Below, in pieces: positions 18,861-28,303 of a stretch of 64,000 nucleotides of DNA. Origin of the DNA: an uncultured delta proteobacterium (GTDB taxonomy: Bacteria > Myxococcota_A > UBA9160 > UBA4427); the NCBI GenBank assembly GCA_963822965.1, contig CAWGJT010000005.1:928001-992000 (forward strand), read 5' to 3'. Each line of letters starts with the position of its first letter. The first letter of the stretch is position 1. Made by a program: the position numbers and the translations under genes. The notes below the pieces were generated by a model, which saw nothing but the letters and a program-made list of their open reading frames with translations, searched no databases and had not been told where the DNA came from.

Positions 18861-21680
18861 GTGTCGCGAAGAACCATGCGCTCTCGCTTGCTGGTCGTCG
18901 CGGTGTCCCTCGCCGTGCTCCTGGGGCTCGCCCATCTCGCCCTGCGCGAGATCTCGACGGCCCCGCTGCGCACCCGGATCGAAGAGCGCCTCACCCAGGT
19001 GCTGGGGCTCACGGTGTCGCTGGACGAGCTCCAGGTGGCACTGCTGCCCACGCCGCACCTCTCGGCGGCGGGCGTTCGCGTCGCCGCGCCGCCCGGTGGG
19101 GCCTCGCCCGACCTGCTCCGCATCGACCGCGTCACCCTCGGAATCGCGTTCTGGCCGCTCTTCCACCGGACCGTGGCCATCGATTCGCTCGCGATCGAGG
19201 ACGCGGACCTGCACCTCGAGACGGACGACGAGGGGAGGCTCTCCGAGGGGCTCCGGCTCACCCTGCCGACGACCGAAGGCGCCGGCGGCGGCTTCGCGTT
19301 CGAGCTCCACGCGCTGCAGGTCGACCGGCTGCGCGTCTTCTACCGGGACGCTCGCGACGGCAGGACCTACTCGCTGGTCCTCGACTCGGTCTCGGTCGAG
19401 TCGGAGGACCTCGACCACGAGATCCTGCTCGCGGCCAACGGCCGCTTCGACGGCTCGGAGATCGAGCTCTCGGGCCGGATCGGGTCCTTCCGCGAGCTGA
19501 TGACCCCCACGCGACCCTTCCCGGTGGACCTCGCGGGGCGGCTCTTCGAGGCCCGCTTCCAGGTGACGGGGACCGTTCGCGAGCTCGCGACGATCGAGGG
19601 ACTCGACCTCGCGATCTCCGCCGAGATTCCGGAGCTCGTGGTGAAGGGCCGGTCCCTGCCCCAGCTCGGCCGCATCCGCTTCGCGGGCCGGCTCTCCGAT
19701 CTCGACGGATCCCTGGGCCTCGATCAGCTCAGCATGGACCTGACGAAGAGCGACCCCGTCCGTCTCGACGTGCACGGAAGCATCGGCGACCTCTTCCACG
19801 TCGCGGACGTGGACGTCGAAGCGCGCGTCGAGACCGGCTCGCTGGACTTCCTGGCGCCTCTTCTCGCGCCCCTCGTCGAGAAGCGGCTCGGCCTCGCCTG
19901 GCCGGCGATCGCGTCGCTGAACGTGCAGACCCGGCTCTCGGATCCGAGCGGAAGCCTTCGCCTGGACGGAAGCATCCGGGCGGCCACCCCCGGCGACGCC
20001 ATCGTGATCCACGCGGAAGGCGGCGCCACGGATCTCGCGCGAACGCCGCGGCTCGACGTGAAGCTGGACGCCCGGGCAGACGATCTGGCGTCCGTCACGG
20101 CGCTCGTCCCCGACGCTCCGAAGGGCGAGGGGCTGGGCCCCGCGACGGCCAGCGGTCGCTTGCGGAGCCTCGACTCGAGCCTCGGGGCCGACGACATCGT
20201 GGTCCGCCTCGGCAACCGCGAGAAGGTCTGGGCCGAGGTCGATGGCTCGATCGCGGACATCGCTTCGCTTCGCGGCGTCGCGCTCGAGCTGTCCTTCGGC
20301 GCCGTGAGCCTGCACCACCTGAAGGCGTTGCTCGCGCGCGAGCTGCCCCACACCTCGCCTTTCGAGGGCAGCGCGGGAATCAGCGACGCGGACGGCTCGC
20401 TCGGTGTGGAGCACCTTCGGCTGCACGGCGGTGGGGACAGCCCGGTGGAGGTCCACCTCGAGGCCCGCTTCGACGACCTGCCCCGGCGCGACGAGATCGA
20501 GGTCGCGCTGGGGCTCCGTGGCCAGGACATGCGCGTGCTCGGCGCCATTGCCGGCCTCGACCTTCCCGCTGTCGGCCCGGTCGAGCTCCACGGGAAGATC
20601 CAGGGCTCGGACGAACACCTGGCCGCGGACCACGTCGCGCTCCGGCTCGGAGAGACCCGTCTCACCGGGAGCGTGTCGGGCTCGTTCGCACCCCACGCGC
20701 GTCCGGCCGTGACCGCCCGACTCGCCTCCAAGGACGTTCGGCTCCAGGACCTGGGGCTGCAGCCGGCCGAGAAGCCCTCGGCCGGCTCGACCGGCCCCGC
20801 CGCCCCGTGGCTGCACGACGGCACCGCGACGCTCCCCTTCGCGCAGCTGCGTCGGGTCGACCTCGACCTCGGGTTCCAGCTCGATCGCGTCGGCGGCTAT
20901 CAGGACTTCGACGCACGCGACGTCCACTTCCTGCTGCGCCTCCAGGACGGCGACCTCGTCGTCGAGGATGCCGGCGCCCGTTACCAGAGCGGCGACCTGA
21001 ACTTCGACCTCCGGGCCGACACCCGCACGCCCGTCCCCGTGCTCCGGATGGGGCTGCGCGCCAAGGGCGTCGACATCGCCCGCATCGCTTCCCAGTTCCA
21101 GAAGGACACCGAAGCCTCGGGGATCCTCGACGCCGAGCTCGACCTGCGGGCGCGGGGCGACACCCTCGACGCGCTCCGGCAGTCGCTCACGGGACGACTC
21201 GGGCTCGCGCTTCGCGACGGAGACCTGGTGTCGCGAATCGCGCGGGAGTTCGTCCTCGACCTGGCCACCGCCGTGTTTCCGGGCCTGCGAGCCAAGAATG
21301 TGTCGAGCATCGGCTGCGGCATCGCCCACCTGGAGGTCGAGAACGGCCTCGTGACCGTCCACACCCTGTTCTTGAAGGAGAAGGATCTCAGCGTGGTCGG
21401 AACGGGAGAGATCGACCTCGTGCGCGGCCTCTACGACCTGCGGGTCGTTCCCCGGACGACCGATCCGGGCATCGTGAGCGTCGCACCCGAGGTGGAGGTG
21501 ACCGGGCCGCTCGACGACCCGAGCTTCCACCCCGTGAAGCGGACGCTCCTGACCAGCTTCGGACGCGGACTCCTGCAGAACGCCCTCAACGCGGGCGCCT
21601 TCCTGGTCCGGCCCCTGATGCCGAAGCAGGCGGCGCGCGCCGAGGACGAGTGCCGCGCCCCGAGCCTGGCAGCGCCGTGA
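18861..21680 (+). CDS. AsmA family protein
   Basis: N-terminal TM and AsmA-like N-term 'IE..L...LG..V.L..L...LLP.P.L.A..V'. Repeated beta units; C-term 'IGCGIAHLEVENG...VVGTGEIDL'. Start 18861 or 18876. Confidence 0.8.
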   Translation: MSRRTMRSRLLVVAVSLAVLLGLAHLALREISTAPLRTRIEERLTQVLGLTVSLDELQVALLPTPHLSAAGVRVAAPPGGASPDLLRIDRVTLGIAFWPLFHRTVAIDSLAIEDADLHLETDDEGRLSEGLRLTLPTTEGAGGGFAFELHALQVDRLRVFYRDARDGRTYSLVLDSVSVESEDLDHEILLAANGRFDGSEIELSGRIGSFRELMTPTRPFPVDLAGRLFEARFQVTGTVRELATIEGLDLAISAEIPELVVKGRSLPQLGRIRFAGRLSDLDGSLGLDQLSMDLTKSDPVRLDVHGSIGDLFHVADVDVEARVETGSLDFLAPLLAPLVEKRLGLAWPAIASLNVQTRLSDPSGSLRLDGSIRAATPGDAIVIHAEGGATDLARTPRLDVKLDARADDLASVTALVPDAPKGEGLGPATASGRLRSLDSSLGADDIVVRLGNREKVWAEVDGSIADIASLRGVALELSFGAVSLHHLKALLARELPHTSPFEGSAGISDADGSLGVEHLRLHGGGDSPVEVHLEARFDDLPRRDEIEVALGLRGQDMRVLGAIAGLDLPAVGPVELHGKIQGSDEHLAADHVALRLGETRLTGSVSGSFAPHARPAVTARLASKDVRLQDLGLQPAEKPSAGSTGPAAPWLHDGTATLPFAQLRRVDLDLGFQLDRVGGYQDFDARDVHFLLRLQDGDLVVEDAGARYQSGDLNFDLRADTRTPVPVLRMGLRAKGVDIARIASQFQKDTEASGILDAELDLRARGDTLDALRQSLTGRLGLALRDGDLVSRIAREFVLDLATAVFPGLRAKNVSSIGCGIAHLEVENGLVTVHTLFLKEKDLSVVGTGEIDLVRGLYDLRVVPRTTDPGIVSVAPEVEVTGPLDDPSFHPVKRTLLTSFGRGLLQNALNAGAFLVRPLMPKQAARAEDECRAPSLAAP

Positions 21681-21702
21681 CGCCCCGCAGGAGGTCAGGC
21701 TC

Positions 21703-22671
21703 CTAACGATCGCGCCGGGCCACCGCCGCGGCCTCCCACTCGTCGATCTCCACCCAGTCGTCTCCCATGAAGCCGCACGCCTTCTCGGGGTGCTCGAGCA
21801 TGATGCGGGCCGCGGTCTGCTGGCGCGCGTCGCGGTCGGAGCTCGTCTCCAGGGCGACGGTCTGCTCGAGCAGCCCGCGCCCCTCGTCGAGCCGCGCGGG
21901 CTGGCTGCGGCTGGTGCCGAGACAGACGAGCTGCGAGCCGAGCTCGACCCGGTAGTCGACACGTCCCGGATGCAGGGCGAGCGCCTGGCGCGCGTGGGCG
22001 AGGGCCCGCTCCTTGTCGCCCCGCACCCCGAGCAGCCAGCCGAGCCAGCCCCAGTCGGGCAGCACGCGGTAGAAGATCGCGCTGCCGTAGTGGAGGTTGC
22101 CGAGGGTGGAGTTGTTCTCGGTGTCGCGATGGGTGGGATGCAGCGCGATGCCGCGCTCGAGCAGCGCCGCCATCTCCGGCGCGCCCCGAAGCCCCCACAG
22201 CAGGCCGCGCTTCATCACGAGCCGTCCCATGGCGGTGAACTTCCACAACATGCAGCCCGCGCAGTCGGGATCCCGCGCCAGCCCGCGGGCCGCCTCCCTC
22301 TCGGCGTCCTCGTAGTGGGCGAGCCTCTCGTCCTCGTCCTCCGGCGGCGTGAGCTCGCCCAGGAACCAGTGGCAGCGGGCGCTGCGCCAGTACGCGTCGC
22401 CTCCCACGTCGGAGAGCCGCGCCACGCGCTCGAAGGCGCGGATGGCCCGTCGGTAGTCGTCCCGGGCGGCCGCCGGATCGGACTCGGCCACGAGGAACGC
22501 CGCGCGCTCGGCGGCCAGGGCGGCGATCCACGCGGGCCGGGCGCGCGGGGCGTCGGGGATGGACGACGCCGGGAGGGCGCTCTCCGCCCCCGACCGCACG
22601 GCGCACAGGCCCGCCGCCAGCACGAGAGAGACGGTCCGCCAGCGACCACCCGGTGCGCTGCGCCTCCTCAC
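21703..22671 (-). CDS. Secreted TPR-like helical protein (TatT/RMDN-like)
   Basis: GTGA-coupled to the rhamnosidase stop. Signal-like N-term; TPR-like 'AYWRSARCHWFLGE' and 'GDKERALAHARQALALHP'. Confidence 0.6.
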   Translation of the reverse strand: MRRRSAPGGRWRTVSLVLAAGLCAVRSGAESALPASSIPDAPRARPAWIAALAAERAAFLVAESDPAAARDDYRRAIRAFERVARLSDVGGDAYWRSARCHWFLGELTPPEDEDERLAHYEDAEREAARGLARDPDCAGCMLWKFTAMGRLVMKRGLLWGLRGAPEMAALLERGIALHPTHRDTENNSTLGNLHYGSAIFYRVLPDWGWLGWLLGVRGDKERALAHARQALALHPGRVDYRVELGSQLVCLGTSRSQPARLDEGRGLLEQTVALETSSDRDARQQTAARIMLEHPEKACGFMGDDWVEIDEWEAAAVARRDR

Positions 22672-25346
22672 GCCGGCAGCAGCTCCGATCGCGAGCGCTC
22701 GATCTCGTGGGCACCCGCGGACAGCTCGGCGCGACTGCCGTCCGGCAGCTCGAGCCCCGCCGAGCAGCCGGGCGGCACCGTGGCCTGCAGCCGGAAGACC
22801 CCGTCCTCGAGCTGCCAGGCCACGCGGTAGGCGCCGTGCAGGGTCTCGAGGTCGGCGCGGGCATGGGTGAGGAGCGGTGTCTCCGGCAGGCCGGGATGCA
22901 CCGGAGGTCGCGGCGCGATGCGGGCGCGGCGCCAGCCCGACGCCGCCGGCGACGGATCGAGATCGAGCCCTGCCACGGTGCCGTAGAGCCACTCGCCCAC
23001 GGCCCCGTACGCGTAGTGATTGAAGCTGTTCATCTCGGGATCGAAGAAGCCCCGCTCGGCCGTCCACCCGTCCCAGCGCTCCCAGATGGTGGTGGCGCCT
23101 CCCGAGACCACGGGGTAGAGCCAGGACGGGAACTCGCGGCGCAGCAGCAGGCGGTACGCGAGATCGAGCCGGCCGACGGCCGTGAGCGCCGGCAGCAGGT
23201 GCGGCGTGCCGACGAATCCCGTCGTGAGGTGCCCGTGTGTCTCGACGTTGCGGGCGAGGGCGCGGCCCGTCACCTCGCGCTCGTGCTCGTCGAGCAGGTC
23301 GAATTGCAGCGCCAGCACGAAGCTCGTCTGGGTGTTGCCGGCGACGAGCCCGTCCGCCGTCACGAAGCGGCGGCGGAAGGCGTCGCGCGCGAAGGTCCGC
23401 AGCTCACCGAAGCGCTTGGCGTCGTCGGGGCGCCCGATCGCCGCCGCCATCTCCGACATGCGCCGAGCCGACTCCGCCAGGAAGGCGGTGCCGACCAGCT
23501 CCTTGGGGGTGCCGCCCCAGCGGCTGTCCCGGCGGTTCGTACCGTCGAGCGCGCACCAGTCGCCGAAGCCGCCCCAGGCGTCGCGCTCGGGATCCGAGCG
23601 GATGCCGTCGGGGAAGCGCCGCATCACGTGGTCGAGGAACGCCACCATGCCGTCCCAGTGCGACTCGACGATGCGTCGGTCGCCGAAGCAGCGCCAGATC
23701 GTGTGGGGACAGAGGACGATGGCGTCCGCCCAGGCGGGGCCGCCGTCCATGCGCTCCATGGCTTCCAGGGGAACGGGCGCCACCGGCGGCACCAGGCCGT
23801 CCTCGCGCTGAGCGTCCCCCAGGTCGACGAGCCACTTGGTGAAGAAGCCAGCCACGTCCATGTTGAAGGCCGCGGTGCGCACGAACACCTGCGCGTCACC
23901 CGTCCAGCCGAGTCGCTCGTCGCGTTGCGGGCAGTCGGTGGGCACGTCGAGGAAGTTGCCGCGCTGGCCCCAGACGATGTTGTGCTGGAGCTGGTCGAGA
24001 TCGGGATCGGAGCACGCGAAGGCGCCGGTCTCCGGAAGGTCGGAGCCAAGCACGACGCCCACCAGGGACTCGACCGCCTCGGCGTCGAAGCGCCCGGACA
24101 ACTCCACGTAGCGGAAGCCGTGGAACGTGAAGCGAGGCTCGAAGACCTCCGCGTCGTCGCCGCCCGCCAGGGTGAAGGTGTCCGTCGCCGCGGCGCCCTT
24201 GAGGTTCGCGGTGTAGAGGTCACCGTGCTCGTCGAGCACCTCGGCGTGGCGAAGCTGCACGGTGGTGCCGCGCCGTCCCCGGATGCGCAGGCGCACGCGA
24301 CCCACCAGGTTCTGCCCGAGGTCGTAGACGAGCCGCGGCCCAAAGAGCGGGTTGCCCCGCAGCACCGGCGGTCCCACCGGCCGCATCTCGCGCAGCACGC
24401 GCACCGGCGGTCCGACCATGGCGTCGAGGGAGATGCCCGGATCGGGCAGCGTCTCCACCGGCGCGAAGCCCTCGGTCGCCCCGCCGGGCCGGCTCCAGGG
24501 GCCCGGGTCCCGGCGCGCATCGACGGTCTCGCCCTGCATGAGGTCCGCAGCCAGGATCGAGGAGGCGCGGAATCGCCAGTCCGGACCGCTCTCGACGTGG
24601 GTCGTGGTGCCGTCCTCGTAGGCGATCTCGAGCTGCAGCAGCAGCGCGGGCCGCTCGCCGTAGCGCTCCCGCAGGCCGCGGAGCCCGAGGAACCCGCAGT
24701 ACCAGCCGTCGCCGAGCAGCGCGCCGACGGCGTTCGGGCCCGGCGTCAGCTGGGCGCCCACGTCGAACACCTGGTAGCGGACGCGGCGCGAGAAGTCCGT
24801 CCAGCCGGGCGCCAGCTCGAGATCGCCCACGCGCCGGCCGTTGAGCCAGACCTGGTGGAGCCCGAGTGCCGTCACGTAGAGACGCGCCGTGGCCACCGGA
24901 CGATCGAGGACGAACTCCGTACGCAGCGCTGGAACCGGCGCTCCGCTCTTCGGGCCCCCGAAGAGCGGAGCCGCGATCCAGCGGGCCGACCAGTCGCTTC
25001 GCTGGAGCAGTCCCAGCTCGAAGCGCGCCGTCTCGCTCCAGGGCGAGGCGACGCCTTCGGCATCGAAGACCCGCACCTTCCAGCAGGCGCGGTCGCGCGA
25101 GCCCAGCTCCCGGCCCGCGTACTCGACGTGCACGTTCGCGTCCGAGGCGACCCGGCCCGAGTCGAAGAGGTCGCCCTCGTCCCGCGCGAGCTTCCCCTCG
25201 TCGCTCGCGACCAGCAGCTGGTAGCCGCTCTGACGCGCGCCCTGCTCCGGCGCGAGCTGCCAGAACAGACGCGGCCGGCGCGTGCCGAGCCCGATCGGAT
25301 CGCGCGCGTACTCCGTGCGCAGGCGGCGGGGAGCGTGCAGGCTCAT
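22668..25346 (-). CDS. Alpha-L-rhamnosidase (GH78)
   Basis: 'YDLGQNLVG', 'PRFTFHGFRYVE', 'PTDCPQRDERLGWTGD', 'GATTIWERW' and 'MNSFNHYAYG'. Confidence 0.95.
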   Translation of the reverse strand: MSLHAPRRLRTEYARDPIGLGTRRPRLFWQLAPEQGARQSGYQLLVASDEGKLARDEGDLFDSGRVASDANVHVEYAGRELGSRDRACWKVRVFDAEGVASPWSETARFELGLLQRSDWSARWIAAPLFGGPKSGAPVPALRTEFVLDRPVATARLYVTALGLHQVWLNGRRVGDLELAPGWTDFSRRVRYQVFDVGAQLTPGPNAVGALLGDGWYCGFLGLRGLRERYGERPALLLQLEIAYEDGTTTHVESGPDWRFRASSILAADLMQGETVDARRDPGPWSRPGGATEGFAPVETLPDPGISLDAMVGPPVRVLREMRPVGPPVLRGNPLFGPRLVYDLGQNLVGRVRLRIRGRRGTTVQLRHAEVLDEHGDLYTANLKGAAATDTFTLAGGDDAEVFEPRFTFHGFRYVELSGRFDAEAVESLVGVVLGSDLPETGAFACSDPDLDQLQHNIVWGQRGNFLDVPTDCPQRDERLGWTGDAQVFVRTAAFNMDVAGFFTKWLVDLGDAQREDGLVPPVAPVPLEAMERMDGGPAWADAIVLCPHTIWRCFGDRRIVESHWDGMVAFLDHVMRRFPDGIRSDPERDAWGGFGDWCALDGTNRRDSRWGGTPKELVGTAFLAESARRMSEMAAAIGRPDDAKRFGELRTFARDAFRRRFVTADGLVAGNTQTSFVLALQFDLLDEHEREVTGRALARNVETHGHLTTGFVGTPHLLPALTAVGRLDLAYRLLLRREFPSWLYPVVSGGATTIWERWDGWTAERGFFDPEMNSFNHYAYGAVGEWLYGTVAGLDLDPSPAASGWRRARIAPRPPVHPGLPETPLLTHARADLETLHGAYRVAWQLEDGVFRLQATVPPGCSAGLELPDGSRAELSAGAHEIERSRSELLPA

Positions 25347-25386
25347 GATCGATTCCTCCGCGGCGCGCGGCCGCCCGGTCCGGGGC

Positions 25387-25782
25387 TCACGGCGCGACCG
25401 CGCCGGCCAGCGGCCGGTGGTCGCCGCCCGGACCGGGCGTCGCGTGCACCAGCCGACTCTCCTCGAGCAGCACGACCCGGTGCCAGACGCCGCGGGGGAC
25501 GATCAGCGCCTGGCCGGGAGCGAGCTCGACGGTGCGCTCGCCGTCCGCCTCCTCGAGCACGACGGCGATGCGGCCGGAGAGGAGCACCAGCAGCTCGTCG
25601 CCGTCCGGATGCACCTCGCCGCCATGGGGCGCATTGCGCGTCATGGTCACCACGCCCAGGCTCAGCCCGTCCACCCGACTGGGCGGCCCCGGCCGGCTCT
25701 CGATGCGCAGGGCCGTGCCGTCCCGCAGCATGCCGACCGTCGAGCCGGTGATCTCGAAGGGAGCCGCAGCTCGCTCGCTCAT
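25387..25782 (-). CDS. Cupin domain protein
   Basis: 'EVHPDGDELLVLLSG' and 'L.PGQALIVPRGVWHR'. Confidence 0.85.
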   Translation of the reverse strand: MSERAAAPFEITGSTVGMLRDGTALRIESRPGPPSRVDGLSLGVVTMTRNAPHGGEVHPDGDELLVLLSGRIAVVLEEADGERTVELAPGQALIVPRGVWHRVVLLEESRLVHATPGPGGDHRPLAGAVAP

Positions 25783-25952
25783 GACGTTCTCCCGCTCTCG
25801 CCTGCCGGGTTCGAGGCAGCCGACCCGGAGGAACAGGGTAGACCGGATCCACCGGCGGCTGGCAACCCGGCCGGCCCCGGCGTAGCGTGCCTCGGCGGAG
25901 CGCCCGCAAATCCCGTGGGCGCGGCAGCAAAAGCAGCAGGAGGGGGGATCGG

Positions 25953-26732
25953 ATGGCACGTCTCAGCCAGCTCAGCCGCTCGGTGGTCGGCAAGGTGGTC
26001 TTCGTCACCGGTGCGGCCAGCGGCATGGGCCGCGCCACCGCTGAGCTCTTCGCCGACGAAGGCGCGCGCGTGATCGTCACCGACGTCGCCCGCGAAGGCG
26101 CCGAGGCGACCGCGACCACCATCCGCGACGCGGGGGGCGACGCCCGGGCCTGGACGCTCGACGTCTCGGACCGGGCCGCCATCGAGCGGGTGGTGCAGGC
26201 GGCGGCCGGCGAGATGGGCGGCCTCGACGTGCTCGTCAACAACGCGGGCGTGGCGATCGGAGCGCCCATCGAGTCCGACGGCTACGAGGAGGTCTGGCAG
26301 CGCGCCCTCGACGTCATGCTGACCGCCCATGCCCGGCTCGTCCGGCAGTCCCTGTCCTTCCTGAAGCAGAGCAGCGGGGGACGCGTCATCAACGTGGCCT
26401 CCACGGAAGCCCTCGGGGCCACCCTGGGCACCGGACCCTACACGGTGGCGAAGCACGGGGTGGTGGGGCTCACCCGGGCGCTGGCGCTCGAGCTCGCTCC
26501 TCACAACATCACGGTGAACTGCGTGTGCCCCGGCCCCATTCTCACGGGCATGACGAGCGCCATCCCGGACACGGACCGGGAGAAGTTCGCACGCCGGCGG
26601 GTTCCCCTGCGCCGCTACGGCGCGCCCGAAGAGGTCGCGCACATGATCCTGAACCTGTCGCTTCCGGCCTCGTCCTTCGTGACGGGCGCGACGATCCCCG
26701 TGGACGGCGGGCTCACGATCCAGAACACCTGA
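25953..26732 (+). CDS. SDR family NAD(P)-dependent oxidoreductase
   Basis: 'TGAASGMG', 'NNAG', 'YTVAKHG' and 'VTGATIPVDGG'. Confidence 0.95.
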   Translation: MARLSQLSRSVVGKVVFVTGAASGMGRATAELFADEGARVIVTDVAREGAEATATTIRDAGGDARAWTLDVSDRAAIERVVQAAAGEMGGLDVLVNNAGVAIGAPIESDGYEEVWQRALDVMLTAHARLVRQSLSFLKQSSGGRVINVASTEALGATLGTGPYTVAKHGVVGLTRALALELAPHNITVNCVCPGPILTGMTSAIPDTDREKFARRRVPLRRYGAPEEVAHMILNLSLPASSFVTGATIPVDGGLTIQNT

Positions 26733-26741
26733 GTCTCGCCC

Positions 26742-27680
26742 TCACTGCGATCGGGCCCCCAGCCTTCGGAAGAGCGCCTCCAGGTGGGACCGGGGCAGGA
26801 AGCTCAGCACCGCCGGCGCCACCGTGAAGCCCCACCAGCCGACGTTCGTCAGCAGCTCGAGGCCGGCGTGCATGGCCAGCAGCGCGTAGGCCACGAACAC
26901 GCCGACCCGCGGCACCCACAGCAGGAAGGGCGCCGCGGGCTCGAGCACGAAGACCCCCCAGGTCGCCAGCCGCAGCACGGGCTTGAAGGGCGCCCAGTCG
27001 ATCACGAGCCGGCTGTGCAGTGCGTCCGTCACCGCGGTGAAGACCGTCTGCCCCGCGAGCCAGCCACTCGAGTGGATGCGCGACCAGCCGACCGTGAAGT
27101 ACATGGCGCACACGTGCACCTGCAGCAGCCGCAGCGGCCAGGCGGGCGCCTCCCACTCCGACACGAGCGGCGCCGGCGCGCCGGTGCGCCGGCGCGCGAG
27201 CCAGGCATCCAGCGAGAAGAAGTCTCCGGCGCGCGAGAGCAGCACGTAGAGCATGAAGCCCTGCATCAACGCCGGCCAGCCCCAGTAGGCCAGGGGCAGG
27301 CGCAGCTTGTAGAAGTAGAGATGGATCGTCCACACGATCCAGCCGGTGAGGCGGGTGCGGTAGCCCGCCGCGAAGCAGAGCGCGCAGGCGAGCGCCAGCG
27401 CGTAGAGGACCGAGAGTGCCACCGGCCCGGGCGCCGGCCAGTGGAGGCCGAGGGCGTCGTAGATCGCCTGGAAGATCGTGCCGCTGGGCACGAGCTGCTG
27501 GAAGAAGGCCGGCCCGCCGAGCCCATCGGCGCCGTAGAGCATGGCGGCGTCGGGCAGTCGCACCGCGTAGCACAGGAAGAGGACGCTGCCGAAGACGATG
27601 CGGCCCGCCACCAGGGCGTGGACGGGCTGCGGATCGAAGAGCCAGCCCTGGGTCGCCCGGTAGGCCCGGCCCGGGGTCAC
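26742..27680 (-). CDS. HTTM domain membrane protein (SdpB/vitamin K-dependent carboxylase-like)
   Basis: 'GYRTRL', 'FSLDAWL', 'WPLRLLQ.H...MYF..G.......W..G' and 'MHAGL'; multiple TMs; GTGA overlap with the upstream gene. Confidence 0.8.
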   Translation of the reverse strand: MTPGRAYRATQGWLFDPQPVHALVAGRIVFGSVLFLCYAVRLPDAAMLYGADGLGGPAFFQQLVPSGTIFQAIYDALGLHWPAPGPVALSVLYALALACALCFAAGYRTRLTGWIVWTIHLYFYKLRLPLAYWGWPALMQGFMLYVLLSRAGDFFSLDAWLARRRTGAPAPLVSEWEAPAWPLRLLQVHVCAMYFTVGWSRIHSSGWLAGQTVFTAVTDALHSRLVIDWAPFKPVLRLATWGVFVLEPAAPFLLWVPRVGVFVAYALLAMHAGLELLTNVGWWGFTVAPAVLSFLPRSHLEALFRRLGARSQ

Positions 27681-28300
27681 CGCCACGACGGCGTCCCCCA
27701 GAGCCCCTGCATCTCCGCGTCGCTCGGCTCCCATCGGCGCTGGCCCAGGGAGCCGTCCGCGCACGCGTACGAGAAGAAGAGGCCGTCGTGCCGCAGCACC
27801 TTCCCGGTGTCGTAGTGCTTGTAGTACCAGATCCAGGCCACGTCGACGCCGTCCGGGGCTTCGCCCTGCGCCCCGCGCGGGGCGAGGCAGAAGCTGCGCC
27901 CGATGGCGCGCACAAAGGCGTCGGCGGCCTCGCCGTCGCCGCGGAGCGACAGCGTGTAGGCGCTCGAGAGCATGCGGTGCAGGGCCCGGTCGACGGGCGG
28001 AAGCCGCGGGTGGAAGCCTTCGAAGTGGCACTTCCCGTCGGCCGGGAAGAGCAGATCACCGCTTCCGGAGGTGCTCCAGGCCCGCACGTAGAGGCAGAAG
28101 GCGTGCTGCTTCCAGGGGCTCGCGTCCGTGTGGAAGAGGGGCTGCCCGGCGCTCATCCCCAGCAGGCGGAGCGCGGAGACCGACAGGTCGTGCGCGCCGT
28201 CGAGCCCGAGCCAACCCGGTCGCACCTCGGGCGTCCAGCCGGCCAGCGCGACGATCGCGATCCAGGCCAGCGCCAGGGGAGTTCCGACTCGGCGACCCAT
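27677..28300 (-). CDS. Hypothetical exported protein, probable HTTM partner (SdpA/DUF5819-like position)
   Basis: N-terminal hydrophobic segment, 'LGM..GQPLF' motif, 4 Cys; coupled to the HTTM gene. Confidence 0.6.
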   Translation of the reverse strand: MGRRVGTPLALAWIAIVALAGWTPEVRPGWLGLDGAHDLSVSALRLLGMSAGQPLFHTDASPWKQHAFCLYVRAWSTSGSGDLLFPADGKCHFEGFHPRLPPVDRALHRMLSSAYTLSLRGDGEAADAFVRAIGRSFCLAPRGAQGEAPDGVDVAWIWYYKHYDTGKVLRHDGLFFSYACADGSLGQRRWEPSDAEMQGLWGTPSWR

Positions 28301-28303
28301 CGC

